Of a DNA stretch of 64,000 nucleotides, positions 41,467 through 54,875 are shown piece by piece (the first letter of the stretch is position 1; every line of letters begins with the position of its first letter). This DNA comes from Lytechinus pictus. Its lineage: Eukaryota. The notes under the pieces were generated by a model, which saw nothing but the letters and a program-made list of their open reading frames with translations, was not told the DNA's origin and searched no databases. The stretch spans positions 43,588,001-43,652,000 of the forward strand of contig NC_087245.1 in NCBI RefSeq assembly GCF_037042905.1, read 5' to 3'. The position numbers were made by a program, and so were the translations under genes.

Positions 41467-44400
41467 ATGAAAACATTAAAAGTAGAGGAGCATTTTAACC
41501 TTACTCACAGTCTGTTATTGTCGCTAAAGTCTTTACAATAAGAAGATTGGGCACTTTGCCGACATCGCGTAATGCTTTGCATCGATTTACATGTATAATA
41601 GTCTTTGTGCCTAGTCTTTTCTATGTAGTGTCTTTAATATGTAGATAAAACATGCGTCCTTTAGCTAGTTAGACGAACAATTTTGGAAATTAAAGACGGA
41701 TCCATATTTTATCAACCGGAAGAGAAATTAGTGCTTAAATGAAGCTATTTGAGGGATATTGATGATATTTAGGGTGAATTGACTTCACATCTTTTCGTAA
41801 GTTTGTCAAGGCCGGACTTGATTTTATAGAAACCTCTTTTAAATTTGTGGGATTGCCTACCTCGAGTGAAGTTTGTGCAGGCTCCACTCCACTTCACTAT
41901 TGCTACACTACGCTCCACCTACCCAAACTTTGAGTCTGAGACCGTGAACTGGATCTGTCGATCTGATATTCTGAGTGACAAAAAGTGGGATCTTATGGGG
42001 GGGGGGGGATATCAAATTCATGCAACATCACGCTCTTTAAAAAAATTAAAACTAATATTCTTCCTGCACACAAAGTTTCAGTTCTTCTCCATGCCTCTAT
42101 CCGTCTCAAAATTGATGATTTAGAGCCAACATGAAGTTTCTCACATAGATGGCGGCGTAAACATCGGGCAAGTCTCTTCCGTCTAATCATGATATTTTTC
42201 GCATTTTTTGGAATGAATTTCTTCTTCAAAAATAACGACGAGAGCGTAGAAATGTTGGAAATTAAGTTTTATCCCATGTACATGATTTAGGTCTAACGTT
42301 AGGCTAGATCTTTTAGAAGGAAAGTAGAAATCTCGGGGCCGGGGGTGAAAGTTTCAAGTTTTGGCTTCCTCTGTGTGGGTATATGAGAAAGGATCCCTGG
42401 CTTCATATGAGAGTGACCTTACGAAGTTACGTTAGTAAATGATTTTCACTCTCTAGAAGCCGCCTGGCTAGGCCTACAGCCATTCCCGATCACGATATTT
42501 TGAAAAGTGGTGGATATTATTGACTTCAAATGTGACTGAGAGACTTGTCATGACATTTGGGAACAAATATTGGTGATGAGGTATGCTGGTATTAATCGGC
42601 CGGTGCGAAACTGCATTAGCGCCCACCCCTGACCTGGCTACAATCATGACAATACAAACATCCTCACCGCCGCCATCAATATACTACTAACTTAGCCAGC
42701 CGTTGGCCGTCCCCGGCCGCGCACACCGCAGATCAGCCCCCACCCGATAAGCGATCGGGAACAACGGCAGTGCAGTGGCCGTACGGTAATGATTAAAAAG
42801 TCGAAGAAATTTAAGTGCATGCCGCGCCAAACTACGAAAAATGGATCTAACTTACTGTTTAGCCTGTTGTGTGAATGTCTTAAGAAGTCGTTGTCCGAAT
42901 CTGATCCATATTCTGTTAGTTTTTGTTGAAATATTGACGGCCTTCTTCATCAAGCTTCGGGTTCAGCTGAGCAGTTACGAGCGTTTTTTTTCAAATGGCG
43001 GAACCGGAAACACGTATACGGTACAGTCCGTGCGTTTGTACGTTTGTACGGGGAGCTCGGAGGGGGGGGGGTCTTACTTTTTACTTGGAAACCAGACAAT
43101 TTGACTATTTTCGCCATCATTTATATATCATATTATTAACGTAAAGGAATTGAATAAAGTAAAATTCAAATATTTATTTCTTCTTCCTTTCTTTTTCTTT
43201 TCTATGTCTTTTAATTTTTTTCTTTCTCTTTATTCTTTTTTTTAATATAAGGATAGGATTTAAAAACATGTCTCACAATTTTACTGAAAATATGTTATAT
43301 AGGCCTACTAGTATGCAAGTAGGATGACAAAGAAAGCAATGAGGAAAATCACAGCTCCAATCCTATGTATTTTTAATTTTATTTCTTTTCAAAAACACAC
43401 ATTTTATCCTTTCTTGCGATCGAAGGAAAGATCCCTTTATAAGGTTCAAGTAGTAAAAGAAAATAATCTTAGATCAAGTGCCGGCAGGGTATTTTGATAA
43501 GGGGAGGAGGAGCAAGACAAGCAAATATAAAGATACCATTTTGAAGCGAAACATAAGAAAAGATAATAACTTTGCCAACGAGGTAAAAAATAATATGATA
43601 TCGGTTGTGACACTTTAAGGATGGAAAATAGTTTGAAAATATATAGATACAAACTTCATACAAATTAGAAAAAAAGAAGCAAAATAAACTGCCATCATAT
43701 GTGAACAGAGATACAAGATTGTTCTTGCAATTAAAAAACATATTTACAAACTATATATAGCTTCGCATCATAAAAATAGATTGAAAATATCCAAATTTAT
43801 TTGATTTAAAAAGAAATAGATATAAACCAGCCTGGCTAACATATTGCAAGGTGGCAAAGATATAAACCGGGGATATAAAGCAAAAAATAGGCCTTAAAAT
43901 GGAAATTAAATATCCTATTTTTAGTTTATCCTATTCCACCTGTAAAAAATATTGTGAATAGGAGAACAAATATTGAAGTAATTTTATTTATAATAATATA
44001 TTTGTAAGAAAATAGGTCCTTTTTACTAAAAAAAAATAAATAAAAAAATAGATGGGAAACTTGGAAAAATGTATTTTCTCGCAATAAAAACTTTAAGGGG
44101 CCAGAATCGCATTAAAACTTGGTTATGAAACGTGTAAAAAAAAATCTTAGATAGCATTTTAACTGAGATTTATTTTTTAATCAACATTCAACGCTGAACT
44201 TTCTTATGTTAATTGTTTATCAATATTTTGTGAAAACAGATAGTGTGCACATCGTCATGAATATTCATTTGGTGGGCTGATGTTAGATATGAATGTTAGA
44301 TATGAAATTATGATTATCTATTTTTTCAATACATGTGTAAATAATGTGTCCCCATTGTAAAGTTGCTGCATTAAATAACTAATGCGGTTAATTAGTCGTC

Positions 44401-47400
44401 ATTCCAATTGTTTAAGTTCTTGGTAGAAATATGTTGAATAAATCTAATTTCATATATTGTACAAAAGAACATGGGATATGACATCATCAGCCCACCTAAT
44501 GAATATTCATGAGACATGCCTAAATAAAACTGTTTCATGGGAATATTGCAAATCCTTAAAATTCAACTTAACTTCGTTATTTGTCATCCGATTTTGAATA
44601 AATTTTAAGCATTTTGTTTTGTGAATTTTACTCTATTTATTGATTATCTCTAGCGTTGACCTCCCCTTCAATTATTTTCTTGTATTGTTAGAAAGAGATG
44701 GATGAAGTAGAATAATACGTTCATGCTTATATTTTTATTCATTACAATATCTCTTTGAAATTCAACCCGGCTTCCTCACAACCATTAAGCTCTAAGAGTG
44801 TTAGGTGTGTCCTGTATATTTCAACACGTACCCTTTTAAATATAGTCATTTTTTTATTATTCATCCTGTTTTTTATGAAAAATAAGTGGCGAACAAACAA
44901 AACAAAAATGATAATTGAAATTTAAAAGAGCGCATGAAAAAGAAATAACCCTGAAAACGAACAATAGTCCTCAAAATATAAGTTGCCCATTTTGGGGTCA
45001 ATAATTTTTCGCATTTTTCAGTTCGCGCTTTGCTCCTAGTTTTGATCTAGTACGTATAGTACCCTTTCTCGTAGAAATAGAAGCTATCAAACTTAAAACC
45101 TCTGAGTCTCAGTAGGCATAACCCCCCCCCCCTCGCTGATATAGACCTACACAATGGGACAGGGTGAAATATAATTTTGAAATAGGGCCTATATGTCACA
45201 ATCTAGCTATCACAAAATTAAATTTTCATATAAAAAATTGTACTTTTTAAAATGAATGGTGCCCTTTTAAGCCATATGGCCTTCTAAAAATATAAGACTC
45301 AATACGCTACTGACCTCTCCCGAAACTGAAAAAAAAAGATAAATCCCTCACTGGAAATAAAAAAATTAGTCTGTGGTACAAACAGGGCTTCCATACAAGT
45401 ACTGAAGGAAACTAATTTTTTCATGTACTGTACCACAGAAAATACACCAGTAGCGTCTGTGATACAGTTTCAGTCATATTTCTGGGGTGGCTGCATGAGA
45501 AGTACCGCAGGAAATTTTGAAAGTATAGCACTGGGGTTGCCATAGAATTTTAGAAGTGCCTATATTGAGTCCTGCAGGAAATTTCAAAATTTTCATTTAC
45601 CACAGAAGTATCACAGGGTTTTCATAGAAGTGTCTTTAATAGGATCGAGTACTGCAGGAAATTTCAAAATGTTCATGTACCACAGAAGTATCACAGGGTT
45701 TCCATAGAAGTGCTTAGTAATAGGAGTACTGCAGGAAATTTAAAAAATGTTCATATACAACAGAAGTATCGCAGGGTTGTCATAGAAGTACTGCAGGATA
45801 TTTTAGAATTTTCATGTACAACAGAAGTACGACATAACTATCACAGAGTGATATTGTATACAGTTATGTACAACAGAAGTATTACACAGGTACGACAGAG
45901 TACCATTAAGGTATCGCATGAAATTTTCATATTTTCCTGTACCACAGAAGTATGACAGAACTATCACAGAGTGATACCACAGAAGTCCTGTTGTAATTCT
46001 ATATACAGTTTTGTACAACAGAAGTATCACACAGGTACGACAGAGTACCATTAAGGTATTGCAGGAAATTTTCATATTTTCCTGTACCACAGAAGTATGA
46101 CAGAACTATCACAGAGTGATACCACAGAAGTCCTGTGGTAATTCTGAGGTACCGTCGTGTATGACAGAAGTATCACACAGGTACAACAGAGTACCACTAA
46201 AGTACTGCAGGAATTTTTTGTAAGGGTAGAGAGATGATTGGTGGTTATATTAATAAAACATATATAAACATATAGATAGAAAGAGAGACAGACAGATAGA
46301 TAGATAGACAGATAGATAGACAGACATATAGATAGAGAGACAGACATATCATGAAGCTATTACGAGCTATCTCGTAATAGCTTCATGCTGCGTGGTCCTA
46401 TCGCGTTATGTAAGCGGGCTCTAACTTTCGCCTGGCGGCTCGCCAATTGATGTTAGATATCGTTCCTTCGCCCGAAGGAAGCGATAACAAAGGATTAAGA
46501 GAGAAATTGGAAGATGGTTCTCCTTCTCGTGATAGCTTCATGGATAGATAGACAGACATATAGATAGACAAACATATAGATAGACAGAGAGACAGAAATA
46601 TAGATAGATAGAGAGACAGACATATAGATAGATATATAGATAGATAGATAGATAGATAGATAGACATATAGATAGATACAGAGACAGACATATAGATTGA
46701 TAGAGATCGAGACAGAGATAGATAGAGAGACAGACATATAGATGAATAGAGAGACAGACATATAGATAGATAGATAGATAGATAGACAGATAGATAGATA
46801 GATAGATAGATAGAGAGACAGACAGACAGATAGATAGATAGATATATAGATAGATAGATAGATAGATAGAGACAGGCAGATGGATGGATAGATAGATAGA
46901 CATATCTAAACAGATAGATACATATATATTAGACAGAGAGAGAGAGAGAGAGATAAACAGACAGATAGATATACAATGTAGGTAGATAGACAGACAGACA
47001 TATGGATAGATAGAGAGAGAGGGACGTATTGAAACAGAAAGATATATATTAGACAGAGAGATAGATATGTCATGTAGGTAGATAGACAGACAGATAAATA
47101 GATATGATATAAAAAAGTAATTATAATCTGTTTTATTTTGCAATATTTTAGCTATTATTTGTTAGAATTCTTATAATTGATCGTGGGCAAGAGAGCTAAA
47201 AAAAAAAAAAAAAAAAAAAAAATCATGTTCACCCGCGGACTCGAACCCCTGCCTGCATGATGGAATGAGAAGTAAGTCTGACGCCTAACCGATTGAGCTA
47301 GAATATTTCCCATAGACTTAACACGTAAGCAAAACACCAGAATCTCAAATCCAATCTTGCAAGTGAATTACGGGCATGATCCCGACATCTGATCGGAAAA

Positions 47401-50400
47401 TGAAGGAAACGCAACCGAAAGCTTAGAATCTCAGCTACTACATACTAAAAGCTCAGGGATAACTAGCAACAAAAATTGGAGATATGGCTTACGAAATAGA
47501 AGAATGTAGAATCTAGTTTTGAGAAAAAGTCATGTCCCATAGAGATTACACGCAAAATGAGTAAAAATGACATGCCATTATTATTTGCAATTTTTGAGGA
47601 TGATTTGTCTGTCGAAATGAAAAATAAAGGCAATAACTCAGAAAGAGTAAGAACTAAGCTACAACATATCAAAAATTGGGTGAAAATTGACCGATATTCA
47701 CGGAGTTAGAGCAAGATTTGCATAATTATAATGACGTCATAATAGGCAAAATGGATTTTTTGAATTCCGACGCCATTTTGATGATGTCATAATATAATTG
47801 AGGGTCAAATGAGACATGAAATTATATCTCTAGTTCATACTCTATCAAAATATGAAAAAAAAATTGGGGGTCCCCATGCGTTCTGAAGAGCTACAGCGGA
47901 TTTTCTATAGGCATGTTTTTGCCCATATATGGCCTATAGTGAGAGCTCGCGCGCACACGTGCTGCAAACTTTAACGGGTGTTAATTTCCTTATTAATGGT
48001 CGTAGAAGGTTGATCAAGGTATCAAATTGCTCAAAATTATATGATCAATGCAATGAAATAAAAAAAACGGTGTTTCTGAGTTGCATTCAAGGCGTTACGC
48101 GCGGAAACGCGCGCGCATACGTTTGCGCGCGCAATTTTTTGAAATGCTTAAAATGACCTAAAACGTACTCTGTTTTGGTCAAAAAGTGATTTTTAGCATT
48201 TTAAAATTTTGACGCGCGCGTACGCGCGCGTCGTGACCTTCAGGTGACCTTTGATGACATGACCTGATGACCCTTGATCTGAAGTTTATGTCATGTGAAT
48301 TTGATTTATTTTTGATAATTGATAATGGAGATATGATTGATAATGTGATTTTACAAAATGGCGTCTAGATGACGTCATGATGACGTCATGACATTAAGAT
48401 TCTTGCAGAATTGAGGTCTTATTGATGTTGATATGTGGTGATATTTTGATGATTATTGAATATGAACTTTCTGAGATTTGCTGTCCACAAGAAATGGAGG
48501 AAATAAAAATAAGAAATAAAAAAATCATGTTCACCCGCGGACTCGAACCCCTGCCTGCATGATGGAATGAGAAGTAAGTCTGACGCCTAACCGATTGAGC
48601 TAGAATATTTCCCATAGACTTAACACGTAAGCAAAACACCAGAATCTCAAATCCAATCTTGCAAGTGAATTACGGGCATGATCCCGACATCTGATCGGAA
48701 AATGAAGGAAGCGCAACCGAAAGCTTAGAATCTCAGCTAAAACATACTAAAAGCTCAGGGATAACTAGCAACAAAAATTGGAGATATGGCTTACGAAATA
48801 GAAGAATGTAGAATCTAGTTTTGAGAAAAAGTCATGTCCCATAGAGATTACACGCAAAATGAGTGAAAATGACATGCCATTATTATTTGCAATTTTTGAG
48901 GATGATTTGTCTGTCGAAATGAAAAATAAAGGCAATAACTCAGAAAGAGTAAGAACTAAGCTACAACATATCAAAAATTGGGTGAAAATTGACCAATATT
49001 CACGGAGTTAGAGCAAGATTTGCATAATTATAATGACGTCATAATAGGCAAAATGGATTTTTTTGAATTCCGACGCCATTTTGATGACGTCATAATATAA
49101 TTGAGGGTCAAATGAGACATGAAATTATATCTCTAGTTCATACTCTATCAAAATATGAAAAAAAAATTGGGGGTCCCCATGCGTTCTGAAGAGCTACAGC
49201 GGATTTTCTATAGGCATGTTTTTGCCCATATATGGCCTATAGTGAGAGCTCGCGCGCACACGTGCTGCAAACTTTAACGGGTGTTAATTTCCTTATTAAT
49301 GGTCGTAGAAGGTTGATCAAGGTATCAAATTGCTCAAAATTATATGATCAATGCAATGAAATAAAAAAAACGGTGTTTCTGAGTTGCATTCAAGGCGTTA
49401 CGCGCGGAAACGCGCGCGCATACGTTTGCGCGCGCAATTTTTTGAAATGCTTAAAATTACCTAAAACGTACTCTGTTTTGGTCAAAAAGTGATTTTTAGC
49501 ATTTTAAAATTTTGACGCGCGCGTACGCGCGCGTCGTGACCTTCAGGTGACCTTTGATGACATGATTTGATGACTCTTGATCTGAAGTTTATGTCATGTG
49601 AATTTGATTTATTTTTGATAATTGATAATGGAGATATGATTGATAATGTGATTTTACAAAATGGCGTCTAGATGACGTCATGATGACGTCATGACATTAA
49701 GATTCTTGCAGAATTGAGGTCTTATTGATGTTGATATGTGGTGATATTTTGATGATTATTGAATATGAACTTTCTGAGATTTGCTGTCCACAAGAAATGG
49801 AGGAAATAAAAATAAGAAATAAAAATAAATAAATAAATAAATAAATAAAGAAAGAAAATTCGGACAAACATAAGAGGTGATCTGTCATAGACAGACCACC
49901 TAATAAAGAAAGAAAATTCGGACAAACATAATAGGTGATCTGTCATAGACAGACCACCTAATAAACTTAGGAGCAATGATTTTTAAGTTGAATCTTAAAA
50001 CAATGACAAGATTAGTTCTACCTATGGAAATTACTTCAACATTGATACCATACATATTGATAATGTTGCTTTATTTGCTTTATTGCTTTAGGCGTTATGG
50101 TTTATTTTTAAGGAATAAGCGAAACTATTGACACGTCAATTTGAGTACATGCCTCATTAGGTGGTCTGTCTATGACAGATCACCTCTTATGTTTGTCCGA
50201 ATTTTCTTTCTTTATTTATTTATTTCTTATTTTTATTTCCTCCATTTCTTGTGGACAGCAAATCTCAGAAAGTTCATATTCAATAATCATCAAAATATCA
50301 CCACATATCAACATCATTAAGACCTCAATTCTGCAAGAATCTTAATGTCATGACGTCATCATGACGTCATCTAGACGCCATTTTGTAAAATCACATTATC

Positions 50401-51431
50401 AATCATATCTCCATTATCAATTATCAAAAATAAATCAAATTCACATCACATAAACTTCAGATCAAGGGTCATCAGGTCATGTCATCAAAGGTCACCTGAA
50501 GGTCACGACGCGCGCGTACGCGCGCGTCAAAATTTTAAAATGCTAAAAATCACTTTTTGACCAAAACAGAGTACGTTTTAGGTCATTTTAAGCATTTCAA
50601 AAAATTGCGCGCGCAAACGTATGCGCGCGCGTTTCCGCGCGTAACGCCTTCAATGCAACTCAGAAACACCGTTTTTTTTATTTCATTGCATTGATCATAT
50701 AATTTTGAGCAATTTGATACCTTGATCAACCTTCTACGACCATTAATAAGGAAATTAACACCCGTTAAAGTTTGCAGCACGTGTGCGCGCGAGCTCTCAC
50801 TATAGGCCATATATGGGCAAAAACATGCCTATAGAAAATCCGCTGTAGCTCTTCAGAACGCGTGGGGACCCCCAATTTTTTTTTCATATTTTGATAGAGT
50901 ATGAACTAGAGATATAATTTCATGTCTCATTTGACCCTCAATTATATTATGACGTCATCAAAATGGCGTCGGAAGTCAAAAAATCCATTTTGCCTATTAT
51001 GACGTCATTATAATTATGCAAATCTTGCTCTAACTCCGTGAATATCGGTCTATTTTCACCCAATTTTTGATATGTTGTAGCTTAGTTCTTACTCTTTCTG
51101 AGTTATTGCCTTTATTTTTCATTTTGATAAACAGATCATCCTCAAAAATTGCAAATAATAATGGCATGTCATTTTTACTCATTTTGCGTGTAATCTCTAT
51201 GGGACATGACTTTTTCTCAAAACTAGATTCTACATTCTTCTATTTCGTAAGCCATATCTCCAATTTTTGTTGCTAGTTATCCCTGAGCTTTTAGTATGTT
51301 GTAGCTGAGATTCTAAGCTTTCGGTTGAGTTTCCTTCATTTTCCGATCAGATGTCGGGATCATGCCCGTAATTCACTTGCAAGATTGGATTTGAGATTCT
51401 GGTGTTTTGCTTACGTGTTAAGTCTATGGGA

Positions 51432-51541
51432 AATATTCTAGCTCAATCGGTTAGGCGTCAGACTTACTTCTCATTCCATCATGCAGGCAGGGGTTCGAGT
51501 CCGCGGGTGAACATGATTTTTTTTTTTTTTTTTTTTTTTTT
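51432..51541 (+). other. tRNA-derived Pol III cassette inside the Helentron-type element (9 copies; e.g. 18917-19027 on -)
   Basis: A box TAGCTCAATCGG at 51439-51450, B box GGTTCGAGTCC at 51492-51502, long T run from 51517; no complete cloverleaf. Confidence 0.65.
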
Positions 51542-51551
51542 AGCTATCTTG

Positions 51552-52465
51552 TACGAAAGACCATTAGTGCCACGGAGAAAAAAAAACACTATTTCTACTA
51601 ATCTGTTATAACAGATTACGGTATTTCTTCTAATCTGTTTAAACAGATTATAATCTGTTATAACAGATTACGGTATTTCTACTAATCTGTTATAACAGAT
51701 TACGGTATTTCTACTAATCTGTTTAAACAGATTATAATCTGTTATAACAGATTACGGTATTTCTACTAATCTGTTACAACAGATTACGGTATTTCTACTA
51801 ATCTGTTTAAACAGATTATAATCTGTTATAACAGATTACGGTATTTCTACTAATCTGTTATAACAGATTACGGTATTTCTACTAATCTGTTTAAACAGAT
51901 TATAATCTGTTATAACAGATTACGGTATTTCTACTAATCTGTTATAACAGATTACGGTATTTCTACTAATCTGTTATAACAGATTACGGTATTTCTACTA
52001 ATCTGTTTAAACAGATTATAATCTGTTATAACAGATTACGGTATTTCTACTAATCTGTTGTAACATATTAGTAGAAATACCGTAATCTGTTATAACAGAT
52101 TATAATCTGTTTAAACAGATTAGTAGAAATACCGTAATCTGTTATAACAGATTAGTAGAAATACCGTAATCTGTTATAACAGATTAGTAGAAATACCGTA
52201 ATCTGTTATAACAGATTAGTAGAAATACCGTAATCTGTTATAACAGATTATAATCTGTTTAAACAGATTAGTAGAAATACCGTAATCTGTTATAACAGAT
52301 TAGTAGAAATACCGTAATCTGTTATAACAGATTAGTAGAAATACCGTAATCTGTTATAACAGATTATAATCTGTTTAAACAGATTAGTAGAAATACCGTA
52401 ATCTGTTATAACAGATTAGTAGAAATAGTGTTTTTTTTTCTCCGTGGCACTAATGGTCTTTCGTA
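51552..52465. mobile_element. Second copy of the IS3EU-like palindromic-satellite transposon
   Basis: Same TIRs; TSD ATCTTG at 51546-51551 and 52466-52471. Confidence 0.8.
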
Positions 52466-52978
52466 ATCTTGCCCACGATCAATTATAAGAATTCTAACAA
52501 ATAATAGCTAAAATATTGCAAAATAAAACAGATTATAATTACTTTTTTATATCATATCTATTTATCTGTCTGTCTATCTACCTACATGACATATCTATCT
52601 CTCTGTCTAATATATATCTTTCTGTTTGAATACGTCCCTCTCTCTCTATCTATCCATATGTCTGTCTATCTACCTACATTGTATATCTATCTGTCTGTTT
52701 ATCTCTCTCTCTCTCTCTCTGTCTAATATATATGTATCTATCTGTTTAGATATGTCTATCTATCTATCCATCCATCTGCCTGTCTCTATCTATCTATCTA
52801 TCTATATATCTATCTATCTATCTGTCTGTCTGTCTCTCTATCTATCTATCTATCTGTCTATCTATCTATCTATCTATCTATATGTCTGTCTCTCTATTCA
52901 TCTATATGTCTGTCTCTCTATCTATCTCTGTCTCGATCTCTATCAATCTATATGTCTGTCTCTGTATCTATCTATATG

Positions 52979-53023
<45 letters not shown>

Positions 53024-53796
53024 ATATCTATCTATATGTCTGTCTCTCTATCTATCTATATTTCTGTCTCTCTGTCTATCTATATGTTTGTCTATCTATA
53101 TATCTGTCTATCTATCCATGAAGCTATCACGAGAAGGAGAACCATCTTCCAATTTCTCTCTTAATCCTTTGTTATCGCTTCCTTCGGGCGAAGGAACGAT
53201 ATCTAACATCAATTGGCGAGCCGCCAGGCGAAAGTTAGAGCCCGCTTACATAACGCGATAGGACCACGCAGCATGAAGCTATTACGAGATAGCTCGTAAT
53301 AGCTTCATGATATGTCTGTCTCTCTATCTATATATATGTCTGTCTATCTATCTGTCTATCTATCTATCTGTCTGTCTCTCTTTCTATCTATATGTTTATA
53401 TATGTTTTATTAATATAACCACCAATCATCTCTCTATCTATCTATATATCTATATATCTATCAATCTATCTCTCTATCTATAAGTCTGTCTCTCTATCTA
53501 TCTATATGTCTGTCTCTCTATCTATATGTCTGTCTCTCTATATCTATCTATATATGTCTATGTTTTATTAATATAACCACCTATAATTTATCTCTCCATC
53601 CATCACTCCATCCATCTAATATAATTATCTTTCTTGTATGTATCTGTTTGATTATGTAAATCTGTTTGTCTATCTATTTTTCAATCTAATATCTGTTTAA
53701 ATATTTTTTTCCTGTTTATCTATCTATACGACAGACCACCTAATTCGTCCGCATGACGAATTAAAATCTAGTATTCAACTTCATGTTATTTTACAG

Positions 53797-54012
53797 TTTG
53801 AAATTCAAGGTCGAGTAATTAAATACAAGGCGAAGGGGCGTGTCCACAGCATTAAAGAGCCATGGGTATACGACGGAACCGCTTGGGATATACTGAGTGG
53901 AATCAGCGAAAAAGCCAAACATTACAAAAGTAGACAGGGAGCCATCGAACACGCTGTAGTCAAACTCATGGAGCGGCTGAAAAGGGACAATCTCATCAGG
54001 GATGAACTTTAA
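53797..54012 (+). CDS. ALF-like RDEL gene terminal exon (FEIQGRVIKY...KSRQGAIEHAVVKL...NLIRDEL*)
   Basis: ttttacag| phase 0, then 71 codons and TAA. Homologous to exon 60736-61096. C-terminal RDEL. Confidence 0.8.
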   Translation, partial: FEIQGRVIKYKAKGRVHSIKEPWVYDGTAWDILSGISEKAKHYKSRQGAIEHAVVKLMERLKRDNLIRDEL

Positions 54013-54292
54013 AGACAACAGAATGACCTAATCGCTTCTTGGCTTGTAACATCTTATAATATAATAACGCTTTAAAACCCACCGGGTTTAAAACCTCTTT
54101 ATTAGAAGTCTCTGAGCGCTCCACAATTATAGATGCAGCATGATTGGCTTCAGCCTATAGTATACTGTTACTGTCAGCGTTTTTAAGGAATAGATTCCTG
54201 CCAGGCTGTACCTCACCATGGCTCAGTGCAGCAAAATGTGGACCAACCGAAATTACGTCATAGATTGGATTCGAAGCAATATATTTCCTTAA

Positions 54293-54875
54293 AGGAGAAT
54301 GAAACCCTTGAAACCAGCTGAATCCATATCAAAGAGAAAAATCAAAGAAACATATTGTTGAAAGTTTGAGGAAGATTGAATGAATAATAAGAAAGTTATG
54401 AGAATTTGAATATTGAGATCACTAGTGCCATGTAGATCCTCCCATCGGCAATGCGACCAAGATCTGTGATATCACACACGTACAACTCCCTCATTACTTG
54501 AGTACTTATTTCACTTATATTCTCACTTTTATAGAGTCTATCACAAGGTGAGGTGTTCTCTTTATGAGAGGACAAGTTCAGAGGTTTCACAACATTATAT
54601 CATTGATGAATCATTTGTCATATGATTAGAATGAGCAAAAAGAGATGTTTTGGGGTATATTTTCAGTGTCCAAATGGGAGAGTTGTACGTGTGTGACATC
54701 ACAGATCTTGGTCGCATTGCCAATGGGAGGATCTCCATAGCATTAGTAATCTCGACATTCAAATGCTCACAACTCTTTTATTGCTAGTCCTATTTTACTC
54801 AAACTTTTGTTCATCTTATTCTTTGATTTTTCTGCTTTCACAAAAGCTAACTTGCTCCAAGAGTTTCATTCTCCT
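54293..54875. mobile_element. Kolobok-like non-autonomous element, TTAA TSD
   Basis: ttaaAGGAGAATGAAAC ... GTTTCATTCTCCTttaa with long imperfect inverted arms. Confidence 0.8.

Larger units (their letters stand above)
34838..46226. mobile_element. 11.4-kb CACTA/EnSpm-like (CCC-ended) element with no recognisable transposase
   Basis: TIR CCCTTACAAAAAATTCCTG(T/C)AGTAC; 2-bp TA duplication relative to empty sites in sibling copies; subterminal tandem repeats (35-bp units at 35284-35485, longer units at 45520-46210). Confidence 0.85.
16658..49961 (-). mobile_element. Tandem/nested array of Helentron-type non-autonomous elements (HINE/DINE-1-like), 8 core copies, interrupted at 34838-46226
   Basis: 5' end TTAGGTGGTCTGTC-tat-GACAGATCACCT + (TTTA)n; 3' end GACAGACCACCT-AATTCGTC-N5-GACGAATT-AAAATCTAGT; no TSD. 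3' termini at 16658, 20251, 26177, 28809, 31558, 31705. 5' termini at 24024, 31497, 31558, five within 34331-34647, ~49902 and 49961. Conserved ~1.3-kb core plus GATA/GACA microsatellites. Confidence 0.8.
50157..53772 (+). mobile_element. Complete inverted copy of the same Helentron-type element
   Basis: Both termini present; reverse complement of 16658-20250, including the palindromic-satellite insert. Confidence 0.88.

Noticed and set aside
51432..51516. Functional tRNA gene
   Set aside because: A and B boxes are present but there is no proper acceptor or anticodon stem; treated as tRNA-derived.
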